64,000 bases of DNA from Takakia lepidozioides. Its lineage: Eukaryota > Plantae > Bryophyta. Both the position numbers and the translations under genes were made by a program. Positions 14,257-26,106 of this stretch are shown in pieces. The stretch's first letter is position 1. Each line of letters starts with the position of its first letter. Location of the stretch: the NCBI GenBank assembly GCA_030704615.1, contig CM060733.1, positions 27,280,001-27,344,000 on the forward strand. The letters are read 5' to 3'. The notes under the pieces are model-generated. The model worked only from the letters and a program-made list of their open reading frames with translations, was not told the DNA's origin and did not search any database.

Positions 14257-15118
14257 TATGCATCTGTTCAAGCTAGTCACCCTGTTCATTTGCATTGTGT
14301 AGGCAGCCTTGTCTTGAGCCTCCTTTTGGATTCTTCTGCAGAGCTCACATCTTTCAGTAATAGTTGGGACCTAAAAGGAACTGCAAGAAAATGTCAGATA
14401 TCCCAACAACACGGAGAAAGTTGTTAGAAGTTAGAACACTAAAAGATAACACTCTCAGTTGGAGACTGGGGGAGAGTGGGACATTGGTTAGGGTAAGTAA
14501 GACATGATTGAGTTAAACCTTAAACGGCCATAGTTTGACTTTTTCATAAGTAGGACCCCTGCAGTGAAAAAATGGTGTAATGTTTGGAAAGTTGACCGCA
14601 GATTTTATGCCGCACATTACATTGAATGTGGGACCTATTATTAGAAAAATATAGCATTTTTTTTGTAGTTTTTAAAAGATTTGAGTGTCTGGATCAACTC
14701 CAATTGAGGAGATTTGGCAGGCTTCATCCCCTTGGGATCCCCTGGTCCAACAAGCCAAAAATCATCCAATTTGGCCAACACATGTAGTGCTGCCACTTGG
14801 TCAGATCCCCTAACTATAAAACTCTCTCTCACACACGTGTAAAGAAATCTTAGCAAGAAAAATGCAGAATTACCTTCATCAAAACCTGACCCCCTTGTTG
14901 ATGAGATAATTTTGCTTTAACGCCAAATTAGGACAATCAGTTGCCCAATCCTGACACTGTGCACGACCGGGACAACTCTATGACACGAATTTCATAAAAA
15001 TTGAATCAGATCTTAAAACAAATGGGCCCTAAGCCCGTTTTGGGGCTGGTGCCTTTCAGGTCAATGAGTAACCACCAGTGTTGGACCCATATATAGGTGG
15101 CGGGTATCAACTATCAAC

Positions 15119-15666
15119 TAGGGTAAGGGTAATGGTACGAAGGATCATACCATGCGGGTATGTTCATGGGGCAGGGTACATGGACTTCTAAAACCCTACC
15201 ACAAACCAGACGAGTCTGGTCTTCTTCCTCGCGCTACCACTCCAATAGCGTGCATGCGTTGGCCGAGGGAGAGGATGCATGGGTAGGGTTTAGGGTAGTT
15301 CATTAGGGATACTCGTTACATGGAAACATGACACGTTGACACTTTTGAAATGACACACTCGAAATATCAGTGTTTCTTGTTACTTGCTATGTCATTTCAT
15401 GTTCAGTTTGCAAAATTGTTTCAATTTGGTTGAGTTTTTCTTCTAAATGGTTGTGAAGGTCATTGTAAAGCACTTTGCAGCTGGTACCAATCCTGGCACA
15501 TACCCAGCTGGTATGACTTTTAAAAATTTGTTGTATACCATACCATTCAGATTTTCACTTTGATACCATACCCTATACCATACCAGGCTGCCAAATTTTC
15601 GCGTCCTTTGATACCAATACCATATGGCTTGAATAAGTCAACTCCACCCCCAATACCTTTACCCTG
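15119..15666. mobile_element. Degenerate hAT-like MITE
   Basis: Imperfect TIR (TAGGGTAAGGGTAATGG vs reverse complement CAGGGTAAAGGTATTGG) and many subterminal ATACC/GGTAT repeats. No 8-bp TSD found. Confidence 0.4.
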
Positions 15667-16584
15667 GTGGTATCAAAAAACCATGATACGAGTCCAACAC
15701 GTCCAACACTCATACAGTCGACCCTGGCTAAATGTGCCCTCTTTATGTGTTATAAGGGGTGTAATTGTTATCTTTTTTTACTCCCTAAAATTTTACACTA
15801 TGCTGCAGTAGGGATGTTATATGTTAAACGTTACAAAAATGGTGCTCCCTCCTTTGTAAAGTGACCCTTGATATACGTTATGTCCACCTCTTTGTTAGGA
15901 AAGTACAATGAAGGCCGCCTAAAGTAGGTTGAAACATAAATATTTCCATTGACATTTCATTAAGAAATAAATAATGTGGAACCACCGACTTGTGACGATT
16001 AAATTTCTGAATTAATATAGGGATGGATGTCTAGCAAATTGGCTCTATATAATGCAATGTAGTTATGTTTCTAACTATGGGGGTTCACAAATTTGTTCAT
16101 TAGGAGGAAGAACACGATTTGAACACTCCATATGCACCTACGGAAAGCCTAGGAACACATTGATCCATGTGCAAACATTGAAACTGAAGATGACGAAGAC
16201 GAACCTATTTTAGATTCAGTGGCATAAGTGACATTTTCCAATGTTCAGGAGGAATTCAAAGTGATTAATATGTTTCTAGAACAACAACCCTCGGTGGTTG
16301 GTTGAGAGACTTTCTAATAGGGTTAGATCTGTAGAAAATAGTCCAAGTTATCTAAAGCCAGCTTTTGCTTTGCCAGGCGCTCTACCGTTTAGAAACAGAA
16401 CCTTACTAAGGTTAGTGCTGGGTGCAATCCTGAGATCTTGCTCATGGCCCGTGGGGGCGCTTAAAGATCTCAACGGGGTTGGATAAAAATAATAATTACC
16501 AGCTTGGACATTAACTTAGCTGGCTGACAATCCTCTCCCTCGTGTGTGGTGTACGCAATGAACATGCTTCAAAGCGACAACCAA

Positions 16585-16650
16585 CATGTAGCCCAGTGGT
16601 AATGGGCACATACCACGTTGGATGTGGTTGAGGGTTCAAACCATGGTCTG
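16585..16650 (+). repeat. tRNA-derived SINE-like head (Pol III A and B boxes)
   Basis: A-box-like TAGCCCAGTGG and B-box GGTTCAAACC at tRNA-like spacing; no convincing full cloverleaf. Confidence 0.35.
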
Positions 16651-19600
16651 GTGTGTCATGAAGGTGTCAAGGCAGTAGCCCTTGTGGTGAAGTGACACCA
16701 TAATTTACGCTCCCTCTATATTTATTTATTTGCTTGAAAGTTGTGGTCGTTCGCCATGCTCGCATATCTGCAGACTGCAACACATCATTCAGAGTTTGAA
16801 GCTTCTGCAAATTTGTGATGTAGTTTTCCGTGTGAATCCTGTAGAGCACAAGAGGGATTGTGGAGCCTCTCATTTTAAGATAATAGTGTCTTCAATGGGC
16901 ACGTGCGAGGTGGCCGGTGGGCCCCACGCACGGACGCCCGGCTCCCCCCACCCCGGCCGCCCGTCCGCCGCGCAGCCAGTCCCCCGCCCATGAGTCTGCT
17001 GCCCAGCAGTCTGCCAGTCCGCCAGTCTGCCCGCCAGGCCGCTGGCTAGTCCCCTGCCATCCACCCGCTGACGGCGCAGGATCTCCACCGTCCGTTCCCA
17101 TAACCCATCCGAGCCCTCCATTTTTAGGGCTGCGAAAATGGCAATGATCTTGCCACCAAATCCCGGCCGCTCTCTTTTGACGGCTCTTTGTTGTCCGATG
17201 TTGCGGTAGGCGTTTCCATGCACGCGACTGTTCCTCTTTTGCGCGCGATGTTCATGATGATGTTGAAGCGTGTGCTTGAACATGAGAGGACTGTCTCGGC
17301 ACTACAGCCACCGTTGTGCATATGCTTCCACTATTTTTGCCTTCTTGTTGTGCTTTCGGGAACCTTCGTTTTATGGTGTGGTTCTATGTCATAAATATGG
17401 AAAATGTGGACATCTGTCCTCGATAACGTCCTCTGCTTGTGATCCGTCATGATACGTTTAGCCCCTTCGTACTACATCCCTCATGAGAGCCTTCACAAGT
17501 TTAGTTCGTTAAAGGAACCCATGGGTAACATGGGCGCGAAAATGGCGGAAACGTATGCACATGGGGGCGTGTATTGCAGATTTCGTATCGGACGATGGGA
17601 TTGTTTATGTGACCAAGTATAGTGGCTTGCATCCGTCGTGCATAAGTTGTGGAAAAGGGTGGAGAATATGAAGAAACCCAGCTTTGTGATGGATCCACAT
17701 GGTATTATATAAGGGATGGCAACACAAAAAAGCAATACGAGTCGTCACGGAACACCATCCAGTCCTAAGGTCCTCAAACATCTACACGTACCTGTTGAAT
17801 GCAGATGTCTGAGCCACAACGGGAGTAGGTGCATAATCGGTACATTGTCGCATTTGCCAGGAGACGGACCAGGCTGAGACAATTGCATCTGCAAATGTGC
17901 ATGGATGTTTGAGGTCCGTTGTGCCGTGAGTCTGTTCGCAGTGGGTCCGCTGGCCCGTCAATGCTCTGGATATTCCCCTTATCGCGTGCATAACAGTCAG
18001 TTTGGAGGCGGTCTATGGGAAGTCCGTCTGTTCAGTTTGTCGCACTGTGAATTTGTCTGTTGTGTCGGAAGTCTGTCGCAGTAAGTCTGTTGGACTTCTT
18101 ATTTTCCCTCCGATCAGTCTTTTGGCTTGTTCTCCCGCCAGTCTAGCGAAACGTCCGTCTGTTGAACAGTTCTTCTCTATGGATATCAGTATGTTGGACT
18201 GTGCATGCATCATTCTGTTGTGCCGCGAGTTTGTTCGCAATGGGTGTGTTCGACTTTCCTCTTCTCCCTTTACTCTATTTTGTCTTCATTCCGCCCGCTT
18301 CTTCGCAAACCAGTCTGCTGAACTGGAGGTATGCTAAACAATCGTTCCCTGATGATCTGTTCGCCTGGTACTTTGTTAGTCTGTTCTACTGCCAGCCTCT
18401 TTGTAGTGTGTCCGCTGGCAGGGAAGTGCCTCCAATATGAAGCCGCTTCGCCTCAGCAAAGCGAACAGTCCGCTGGATTGGCGGTTCGCTGGACTCTCGG
18501 CCCGATGAGAAATGAGTTTGTTGCACGTGCGAGGACTGTGGATGAATTTAGTACGATGCGTTCGTTCGGTGGACGTATTCAATGCGATGACGACGGATAG
18601 TGGGCGCCTGTGAAATCGCGTCACGTTGGCAGTGCCATGCCCACTTTCCCCCTTCTACTTCTACTTTCTTCTCATGTTCCCTGTGTTGACTCCATTCTCT
18701 TCGCGCCTGTTTCTTCGCATTGTTTCGTTTTCCTCTTTGCGTTTCCATCACCGTAACAAAAGATGACCGTTCATCCCTAGGTGTAGAAAGTCGCGGTGAG
18801 CCACGAAGCGTCGCAAACACGCTCACCTTCGTAACAACTCGAAGTTCATCGGCTCGGTGAGCTTCTGACTTGCTACGGTGTTTCCATTCCATTTTGTGTC
18901 CTCTTTTTGCTTAGGGTGAGTCTTTTTTTAGGACTTTTGTCTGTAGCTCATTGTCCTTGCACCCTCGTTTCATTCTGCAGCAATGGAGGATGCTTGTGAA
19001 AAGGGTGGAGCGGACTGGGTGGATTTTGTGCACCAAACCAGACTGAAGAAGGAGCGAAGGTACTGGTACTCACCAGAGGAGTTTGATCATAAAATAGTGG
19101 AAGCATTTGTAGACCTCCGCGCCCGGAAGCCCAAAAACTCGAATTGGCAGAAGGACAAGCTCTTATGTCCCTTCTGTGAAGAGGTTATCAATGACAAAAT
19201 CCAACTAAATCGGCATCGTGTTGACATGGGTTGCAAGGAGACTGTTGCAACGATTCCACGGGATTTCAAGCCTTGGCCGATACTGAAAGAAATGTCGATT
19301 GTCAAAGAGGCCACAATGCGCATGCGCAGATCAGTGCTTGATCCCCGCACTTTGGAATTAGACGAAGTGCGCGCATGGTATGGCGTCCATTCTACTGGCT
19401 CGTCAATGGAGGATGTGCAAGTGTAGGGAACGCCGGACGCTGCCAGAAAACGTAAACAAAGTGATGGGGCCCAAAAAAAGGAGAGGCAAAAAAAGGAGAA
19501 GGCTGCAAGATCTGCTCGCGAGGCAAGGGCAAAATCCACACAACAGACTGAACCCCGTCCTGGGCGGCAGACCCACACCATTAGCACTGATACTGAAAGT

Positions 19601-20504
19601 GAATCTGCTCCAGGGCGGGCAAACCATTATCCGGAATGATGACTTCGAAGGCCTGGAAATGGTGACAAGTCCAGTGGATATTGACTTGCCTGACCAGACT
19701 GGGCAGTAGACTCATACAAATATGGCAACCCATGCCAGAGGTTTAGGGTCAAAACCAAAAACTCAACAGAGCACTGAAGGGCCAGTCTGCCCTGGCACAT
19801 TGCGTCTCGTTGACTTTGGGTTTTTCCCACCAGAGTGCCCACCAACTGGGGATCCAGACTTCTTCCGTTATTTCTACAAAGTTGCCCAGTCAGGTCTGCT
19901 ACGCACATTCATCCGACAGGCGGAACATAACTGGTTGAACAGCTTTGAAGATGAAGATGACGATGAAGAAGTAGAGGAGGTAATGGTCAGTCTGACCGCC
20001 CAGTCTATTCTCTGTGCTGTTTGAGTCCATCATGGGGGGTCACATTGTCTATTCAGTCTGGTCAGTCCGCTGGCTCAGTCCGCTCATCAGTTAGTCTGTT
20101 TTATATCGCTGCATTACTTACTAAGTCCGTTTGTCAGTCCGCCAGTCCAGTCCGCTGGTCCAGTCTACTAACTGGCTCCACCATACGTACACACGATATG
20201 TCTGTGAGTCTGTTGGTCTGTGAGTCCAGTCCGCTACATGAGGTGAATATAGAGTCCACGTCCATGTTCCTGACGTCCAAGTTATCTGCCGTGTACCAGG
20301 ATGAACGTGTTTCAATTCGTAGGGCCATTCAGGCTTGGCGGATACCAAGCAATGATGCTCTTTTACAAGTGACTGCGGTGCATGCGGAAGTGGACCGCGT
20401 ACGGGAGTACATATTATTGAAGTATCCTGGGTCATCTGCTGCTATATCGGCATTACATATTCAAGACACGTCGGGGGGGGAATGAGTCTGGGACAGCTGA
20501 GTAT

Positions 20505-20672
20505 GCCATCCAGCAGACTCCCATTCAGCAGCCTGTCATCCAGCAAACTCCAACGGAGCAGACTCCCAACGAGCAGCCTATCATCCTGCAGACTCCTCTC
20601 CAGGATCCCATCATGCAGCCCATGCCAATGGGAAGACCTGTCATCCAACAGACTGCGGACCAGCAGACTGCC
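20505..20672 (+). repeat. Degenerate 15-bp tandem repeat (encodes IQQTP-like units)
   Basis: ccatccagcagactc / ccattcagcagcctg / tcatccagcaaactc / tcatcctgcagactc and related units. Confidence 0.7.
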
Positions 20673-20684
20673 TTTCTCCCACAT

Positions 20685-21407
20685 TGTCGCGCACCTCACT
20701 TCAGTAAGCTCCCCTTCAAATCATAGTTACTCACTTTGATGCACGCGCCTAACTCCCAACCTGGCCGCCGGGCCAACTCGGAGCTTCGGCTGCTCACCGG
20801 GACATGACGGTCCCCTTTTTTCCCCCAACAGACCCTCCACCAATTTGGCCCTAGTGGAAATTCCCTTCGGTAGATGGCAGTCCGGAATAGCTCCCCACTC
20901 CTTGGTCGCTTTCTGGCTCGCTCACTTACTCACTAGTTTTTGGTCACCAACGGGCTTGCACCGTTCTCGGGGTTACTACTCCCTATATATACTTCTGTGA
21001 CTGTCCGCGGGGGTTCCACAAACAACACCATCCTTTTATGGCAAACCACCATGAAGATCCTCAATTTCCGGTGATGAGTCGCGGTGAGTCTTGGCCCACC
21101 CACCACGGCCCCATTGGACCGTGATGAGTCCCAAGACTTCCCACGACTCCCACCACAAGATCTCCGCCCCATGGTGAGTCCTATACCACCCCCACCAAGT
21201 CCCGCTAAGCTATCACCACCCCTCGTGGAACCACCCCACCGCAACCCGGTGTGCGGGGCTCCACCTAGTGAGCGCCTCCGCCTCCTTGAGTGCCTTGAGC
21301 ACTCAAGAGTGCTTCAACCCCCGCATCTATTGTTGCCACCGCCCCCACCACAAGGGCAGCCCCTCTCGTGTCCCGACCCCCTGCCGTAAAGGCAAAGGGC
21401 CGCGACA
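20685..21407 (-). repeat. 3' LTR of the chromovirus
   Basis: Direct repeat of 34035-34757; about 94% identical over the first ~260 bp by hand count, mostly transitions. Confidence 0.92.
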
Positions 21408-24400
21408 CACACCCCTACCAACAGGGAGTCGATGTCCTCATCGACTTGTCCATTTTGTAGAAACGAACATCCAAGTTGTGGCGTCCCACATCAAGGAGTT
21501 TGTTTCCGTACCATGGCCCCACTCTCCACTAGCTAGTTCGGCCGACTTACTCCAAGTCCCGGCCAAGGGTGGAGCCTCTCAAGCTCCTCCCAGTGCACTC
21601 TTCTTGGCCCACTTTATGGCCAAGGAACGATCCTCCCCGAGGATCGAATCGCCTTATTGCAACAACATTGCTTGCGACCCCTCATGATGTCGCTTTTGGC
21701 ATCACCTTGAGCAAAGGTTCACCTTGAACCCTTTTTGACTAGGAAGATAACCTTGAACCAACCGTGCGCCCCAATCACTACAATTGGGTCCGCCTTGGAA
21801 TGTTGGCCTGAGGTACGGGAACACGCCGAAGCCGCACTACGACTTCGTCCCGAGGCTACACGATTATAGTACGTGAACGGAAGCACGTAGCTTCCGCGTT
21901 AGCCCGCACTACAAGGCAACCCCCTCGGTAGCGCAGTTATAGTATGCGCACGCGTGAGGTGCGTACTAGCACGTGAACTCCCAAAGAAGGCGCAAGTTTC
22001 CTTGCCCCTTGGATGGGAGTCACCCGATTTCGGCACTGCGCAAACACACGATTAATCCAATTTACCTCTCCCACTTTTGTAAGCAGGTTGGAGGTGATGA
22101 CCAGCCAACCATAGGAGTGCTTGCGGTGGATGCAAGTACAGGTGTAGGCTATGTTAGAAACTTAGTATTCCAAACCATAAGCCGCAACAGGTTCTCTACC
22201 CGGTTACCTTGTGGAGAGGGGGTTAGGGACATGTTCATGACCGGTTGAGTGTCAACACGGAGGTGCCACTAGTTGCTGGGGACAGTTCCGGTTCGAGCAC
22301 TAGCAATACTAGTGGGTACACGAGACGAGGTGTGCGGTTTAGGCCACCTTCACCTCCTATGTCTTCTACGGAAGGTTCTGATTCGGATTGTGAATCAGGA
22401 GGACTCATACCGGCGGTGCAAGTTGTTTCTTTGCCATTGTTGTGGGACACAATGGAGGAGATGTATGGAGCTACCAAGGGGCCACGAAGGTACTCTGGGG
22501 CGGTGGGCACCATCGAGTTGGATGATTTTATCCAAGAGTTTGATAGTTGGTGTGATTTGCAGCAAATGCGCAATCCACAACTATTTACGCCTTTCATGGC
22601 ATGGAAGGGGCTGTTTCAGCACCTTGAGGGGCCGCCTATGGATGATTACCATGAGTTCAGGCGGGGGCATGAGGTTGAGATCGAGGAGTGGAGGATGTAC
22701 TGGTCACCCGACTATGTCTCCATCACTAGGGGCACTAGAGCCACGAGGGCAGTGGCTACACCTGCCGCTGCACCGGCAGCTTCAGCAAGTAGTAGTGGGA
22801 CTAGTGGGACTGGTGATACAGTAGCTACGACGTCCACCCAAACCACTACCACACCAGCACTAGCACCCGTGCCTGCCTTCAACCGTGTTGTGGAGTTCTT
22901 CGAAGAGTTGAGAGGGAACTACCAAGGACAGAGAAGTTGCGGAGCTTGCAAGAGTTCCAACGGAAGCCGACCGAGAGCTTGAGGGAGGCTTTCACTCGCA
23001 TGAGGCGCTTGATAAATGTAACCCAAGGGGTTACGGAAGCTCAGGCAGTCCAATTCTGGTATGGGATATTGGATAAGGAGCCGAGGAGAAGGGTGCGGGA
23101 GGCAACTCTCCTACAAGTGGCCCAATCCACCTTAGCAAATGTGTTTTTGCTGGCAGAGCAGATAGAGCTCAACATGGTGGAGGAACGAGTGGTCATGGTG
23201 GGATTTGCTAAGGAGACACCACGGGGTAGTGGTGCTCCTAGCCAACCACTACCTCAACGTGCTCAAGGCAACAAGGGGGCTCAGGTGAAGCTCAGGGAAG
23301 GGCAGAGAGGACCTCAGATGCATGGGTCTCTCCCTTCATTTGCTGGCCAACAACGGGCGGATGTGGTGTGCTGGACATGTGGAGGACCCCATGTCAAGAA
23401 GGATTGCCCAGAGGGAGGCAAAGGGCCGGCACATGCACAGCCTGCACAGCTGCAGTGTGGGCATTGTGGCAAGCACGGGCATGGAGAGGCCCAATGTTAT
23501 GGTTTGCATCCTGAGTTGCGCCCAGGCCAGTTCCAAGGGAACAATGGTGGCCGGGGGCGAGGTGGAGCAGCCCAGAGAGGATGAGGTGGCCAGCCACGAG
23601 GTGCAGGCCAAGGGCCAGCTCAACATGGCCAAGGACGCGGAGGTCAGGGGGTTGACCAAGGCATGGCCAACCGGCTTCAGCAGCTAGAGCAGAGGCTCGC
23701 TGCCATGGCTATAGCTCAGGTGGTACCGGCTCTAAGGCCGGATGGTCCACCTCCTGCTCCTGAGGGAGGAGATATGGGAGGCATGGGATTCATGTGTGGA
23801 GCAGCACTACCACTAGTGCAGGTGGAGTCTGCTGCAGCCGTGACTCGAGGAGCAGCACAAGTTCCTGAGCCACGAGGTGCAGAGGTGGAGTTGGATCCAC
23901 AGCGTGGGGAGGCAAGCCGTCAGGCTAGGCTTCCTCAGTCATTCACATTGGCAGAGACAGTGTCGACGCCATCCATGGCACCTAGTTCTCACCCGACTGT
24001 TACCGAGGCGGAGGTTACTATGCCATTGGGGAAAGCTACACGGGTAGCACCACTACCTAGTGTTGCCAAGGCTACGGCAGCTAGTGTGCTGCTAGGAGCG
24101 GCCACATCTGTGTGCCAGGCTCCATTGTTCTCGGCTACCATGATTGCGACGCCGGGGGTAAGACCAGCTGAGGTGTTCAGGCTGGTAGCTACATCCTGTG
24201 AGAGTGGGGAGGTTACTTCATCTTCTGCGGAGATAGTGGGAGGTGTAGTGCCGGAGGGATCCTCGGATTTGAGGGTCAAGACTGCCACGGCGGCGCCATG
24301 GCAAGCTGCAGCTGCCAGGTTGATGGAGCTGCCAGCTAGGCCAGCCATTGAGCGCGCCATGGTGACACCTGGAGTTGTCATGTTAGACAACTAGGATGAC

Positions 24401-25170
24401 ATTTTCTGTTTGAGTGGACCGGCAGGCAAGAGGTACCGGCCACTGCGGGTCTTGTTGGACTCGGGAGCTCAGCCATTGATGCTGGGCAGAGCTGCTATTG
24501 CAGGCTTGGGCCTCACGGAGGCGGATATGGAGCCTTGTCCTTTCCAGATACAGACATCTCTGGAGGATCGGAGCAGGCTCGGGGTATGACACGGCGTGAG
24601 TTGGCTATCAGACTACGGCCGGATCACCCTACAGATGGCTCAGTGATGCGAGCCAAGGCCATTGTGACAGACGCGGTCTCATACAATGTCCTGGTTGGTG
24701 GGGCAGTGTTGTATCCCATGGGCTTCACCCTGGATTTTTGGGAGGAGTCAGTTTCCTATAGGCCTGCAGGGCAGTCAGGGGAGGGCCGGCGTGTGCAGCT
24801 CCCTGTGACGTTCATAGGAGGAGTTGCGGTTGCCCAGTGAGGCAAGATGCCAACACTAGCAGCATTCACAGCGGCAGTGAGTTGGCCTAGAGAATTGCTT
24901 GAGGGCAACGCTCATTCAGAGGATGTGCCACCTCCGGGAAAACATGATGACATGTATGGTATGGCGGAGTTGCCTACCATGGTTGCTCAGACTCCATTGT
25001 GGGGCACGAGCAAGGATTTGCAGCGGGATGCTGATCGACGGGTGCAACAAGCCTGGGTGGAGGCTTTTGTACCGTCAGGAGAGGAGGAGAGTGCGGGGAT
25101 TGCACCAGGACCACCTCAGTTGTCTCCATTGGACACCACAACTATTGTGTGGCAGTATCCGGATGAAGGC

Positions 25171-26106
25171 ATTTGTCTTCTGGACTTGTTTGGTGGGATC
25201 AGCACCGGATTGGCTGCTGTGTTACAGGCAGGTGTACGAGTTCGGCGTTACCTGTATGTGGAGAGGGATGAGACTGCACAACGCGTTTCACTTTGCCATG
25301 TTGCTCAGTTGGTGCAGCGGTACCTTGAGTTGTTGTCGGTGTCTGCAATTCGTGGATATCAGCAGGCCTTGCCAGCAGACATTTCGTTGCTGAGGGCGCA
25401 GGATTTGGAGCGGGTTGGCTCCATTGATCTGGTAGTGGCAGGTTGGCCCTGCCAAGGGCATTCATCAGCCGGGCATGGCAATGGATTGCGAGACTCGAGG
25501 TCGGGTCTGTTTTGGGAGATGGTGCGGGTTTTGCGCCACTTGCAGCTTCATCAAGCTGTATCTCCAGCATACATCTTGGAGAATGTGCCACTGATGGGCG
25601 ATTCTCGGGCTAGGGTGATGGCCAGTGTGCATCAAGTCCGGTCATGGCTTGGGTCAGCAGTGTTGCTAGATGCAGCTACAGTGGGGTCACGGGCTCATCG
25701 TCCACGGCTACGGTGGACTAACTTGATGCCACCCGCACTGCTCAAGCGTGCATTTGATGGGGTGCAGCGGCCAGCACATCTCACAGTGGATAGCATTCTG
25801 GACACAAGGAGGCAGTCTCAGCGTGTGAGACACGATGACCGTTCGCCTTTGGCAGTGGTCAACAAGGTGGGTCAACCACGAGCAGCATTACCTACACTAC
25901 TCAGCTTTCCAGGATCGCATGCTTTCCGGAATAGTGGACTTGGCCTCCTGTGGGATGCTCAGTTGCAGCAGTTAGTGGAGCCTAATGCTGACGAGCGTGA
26001 GCGGGCAATGGGTTTTACCACTGGTACCACGGCGGTGTCGTCTCTTTCTGAGGCATCACGTCATCAAGTGTTGGGGCAAACAATGGATCTCAATTGCTTG
26101 ACCTAG
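25171..26106 (+). other. C5 cytosine methyltransferase domain inside Pol
   Basis: Motif I LLDLFGGIS, II YVERD, III ADISLL, IV GWPCQGHS (catalytic Cys at 25450), V GLRDSRSGLF, VI ILENV, VIII SRAHRPRLRWTN, IX ERERAMGF and X VLGQTMD, in canonical order. Confidence 0.93.

Noticed and set aside
14515-15064. Second piggyBac-like MITE
   Set aside because: The ends match only loosely (CCTTAAACGGC vs CCTGAAAGGC) and the flanks are not clean TTAA.
16250-16500. Possible organellar or viral fragment
   Set aside because: No recognisable motif in any frame.
16870-17283. ORFs at the MULE ends, mirrored at 39011-39325
   Set aside because: They are by-products of GC-rich TIRs; the shared peptide simply reflects the inverted repeat.
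20933-21687. Proline-rich ORFs, mirrored at 34333-34830
   Set aside because: They fall within the LTRs or 3' UTR and show no protein motif.
25171-26106. Bacterial restriction-modification MTase or host DRM/DNMT3 gene
   Set aside because: It is intronless and in frame within Pol between protease and RT, with no cognate nuclease and no UBA, PWWP or BAH domains.
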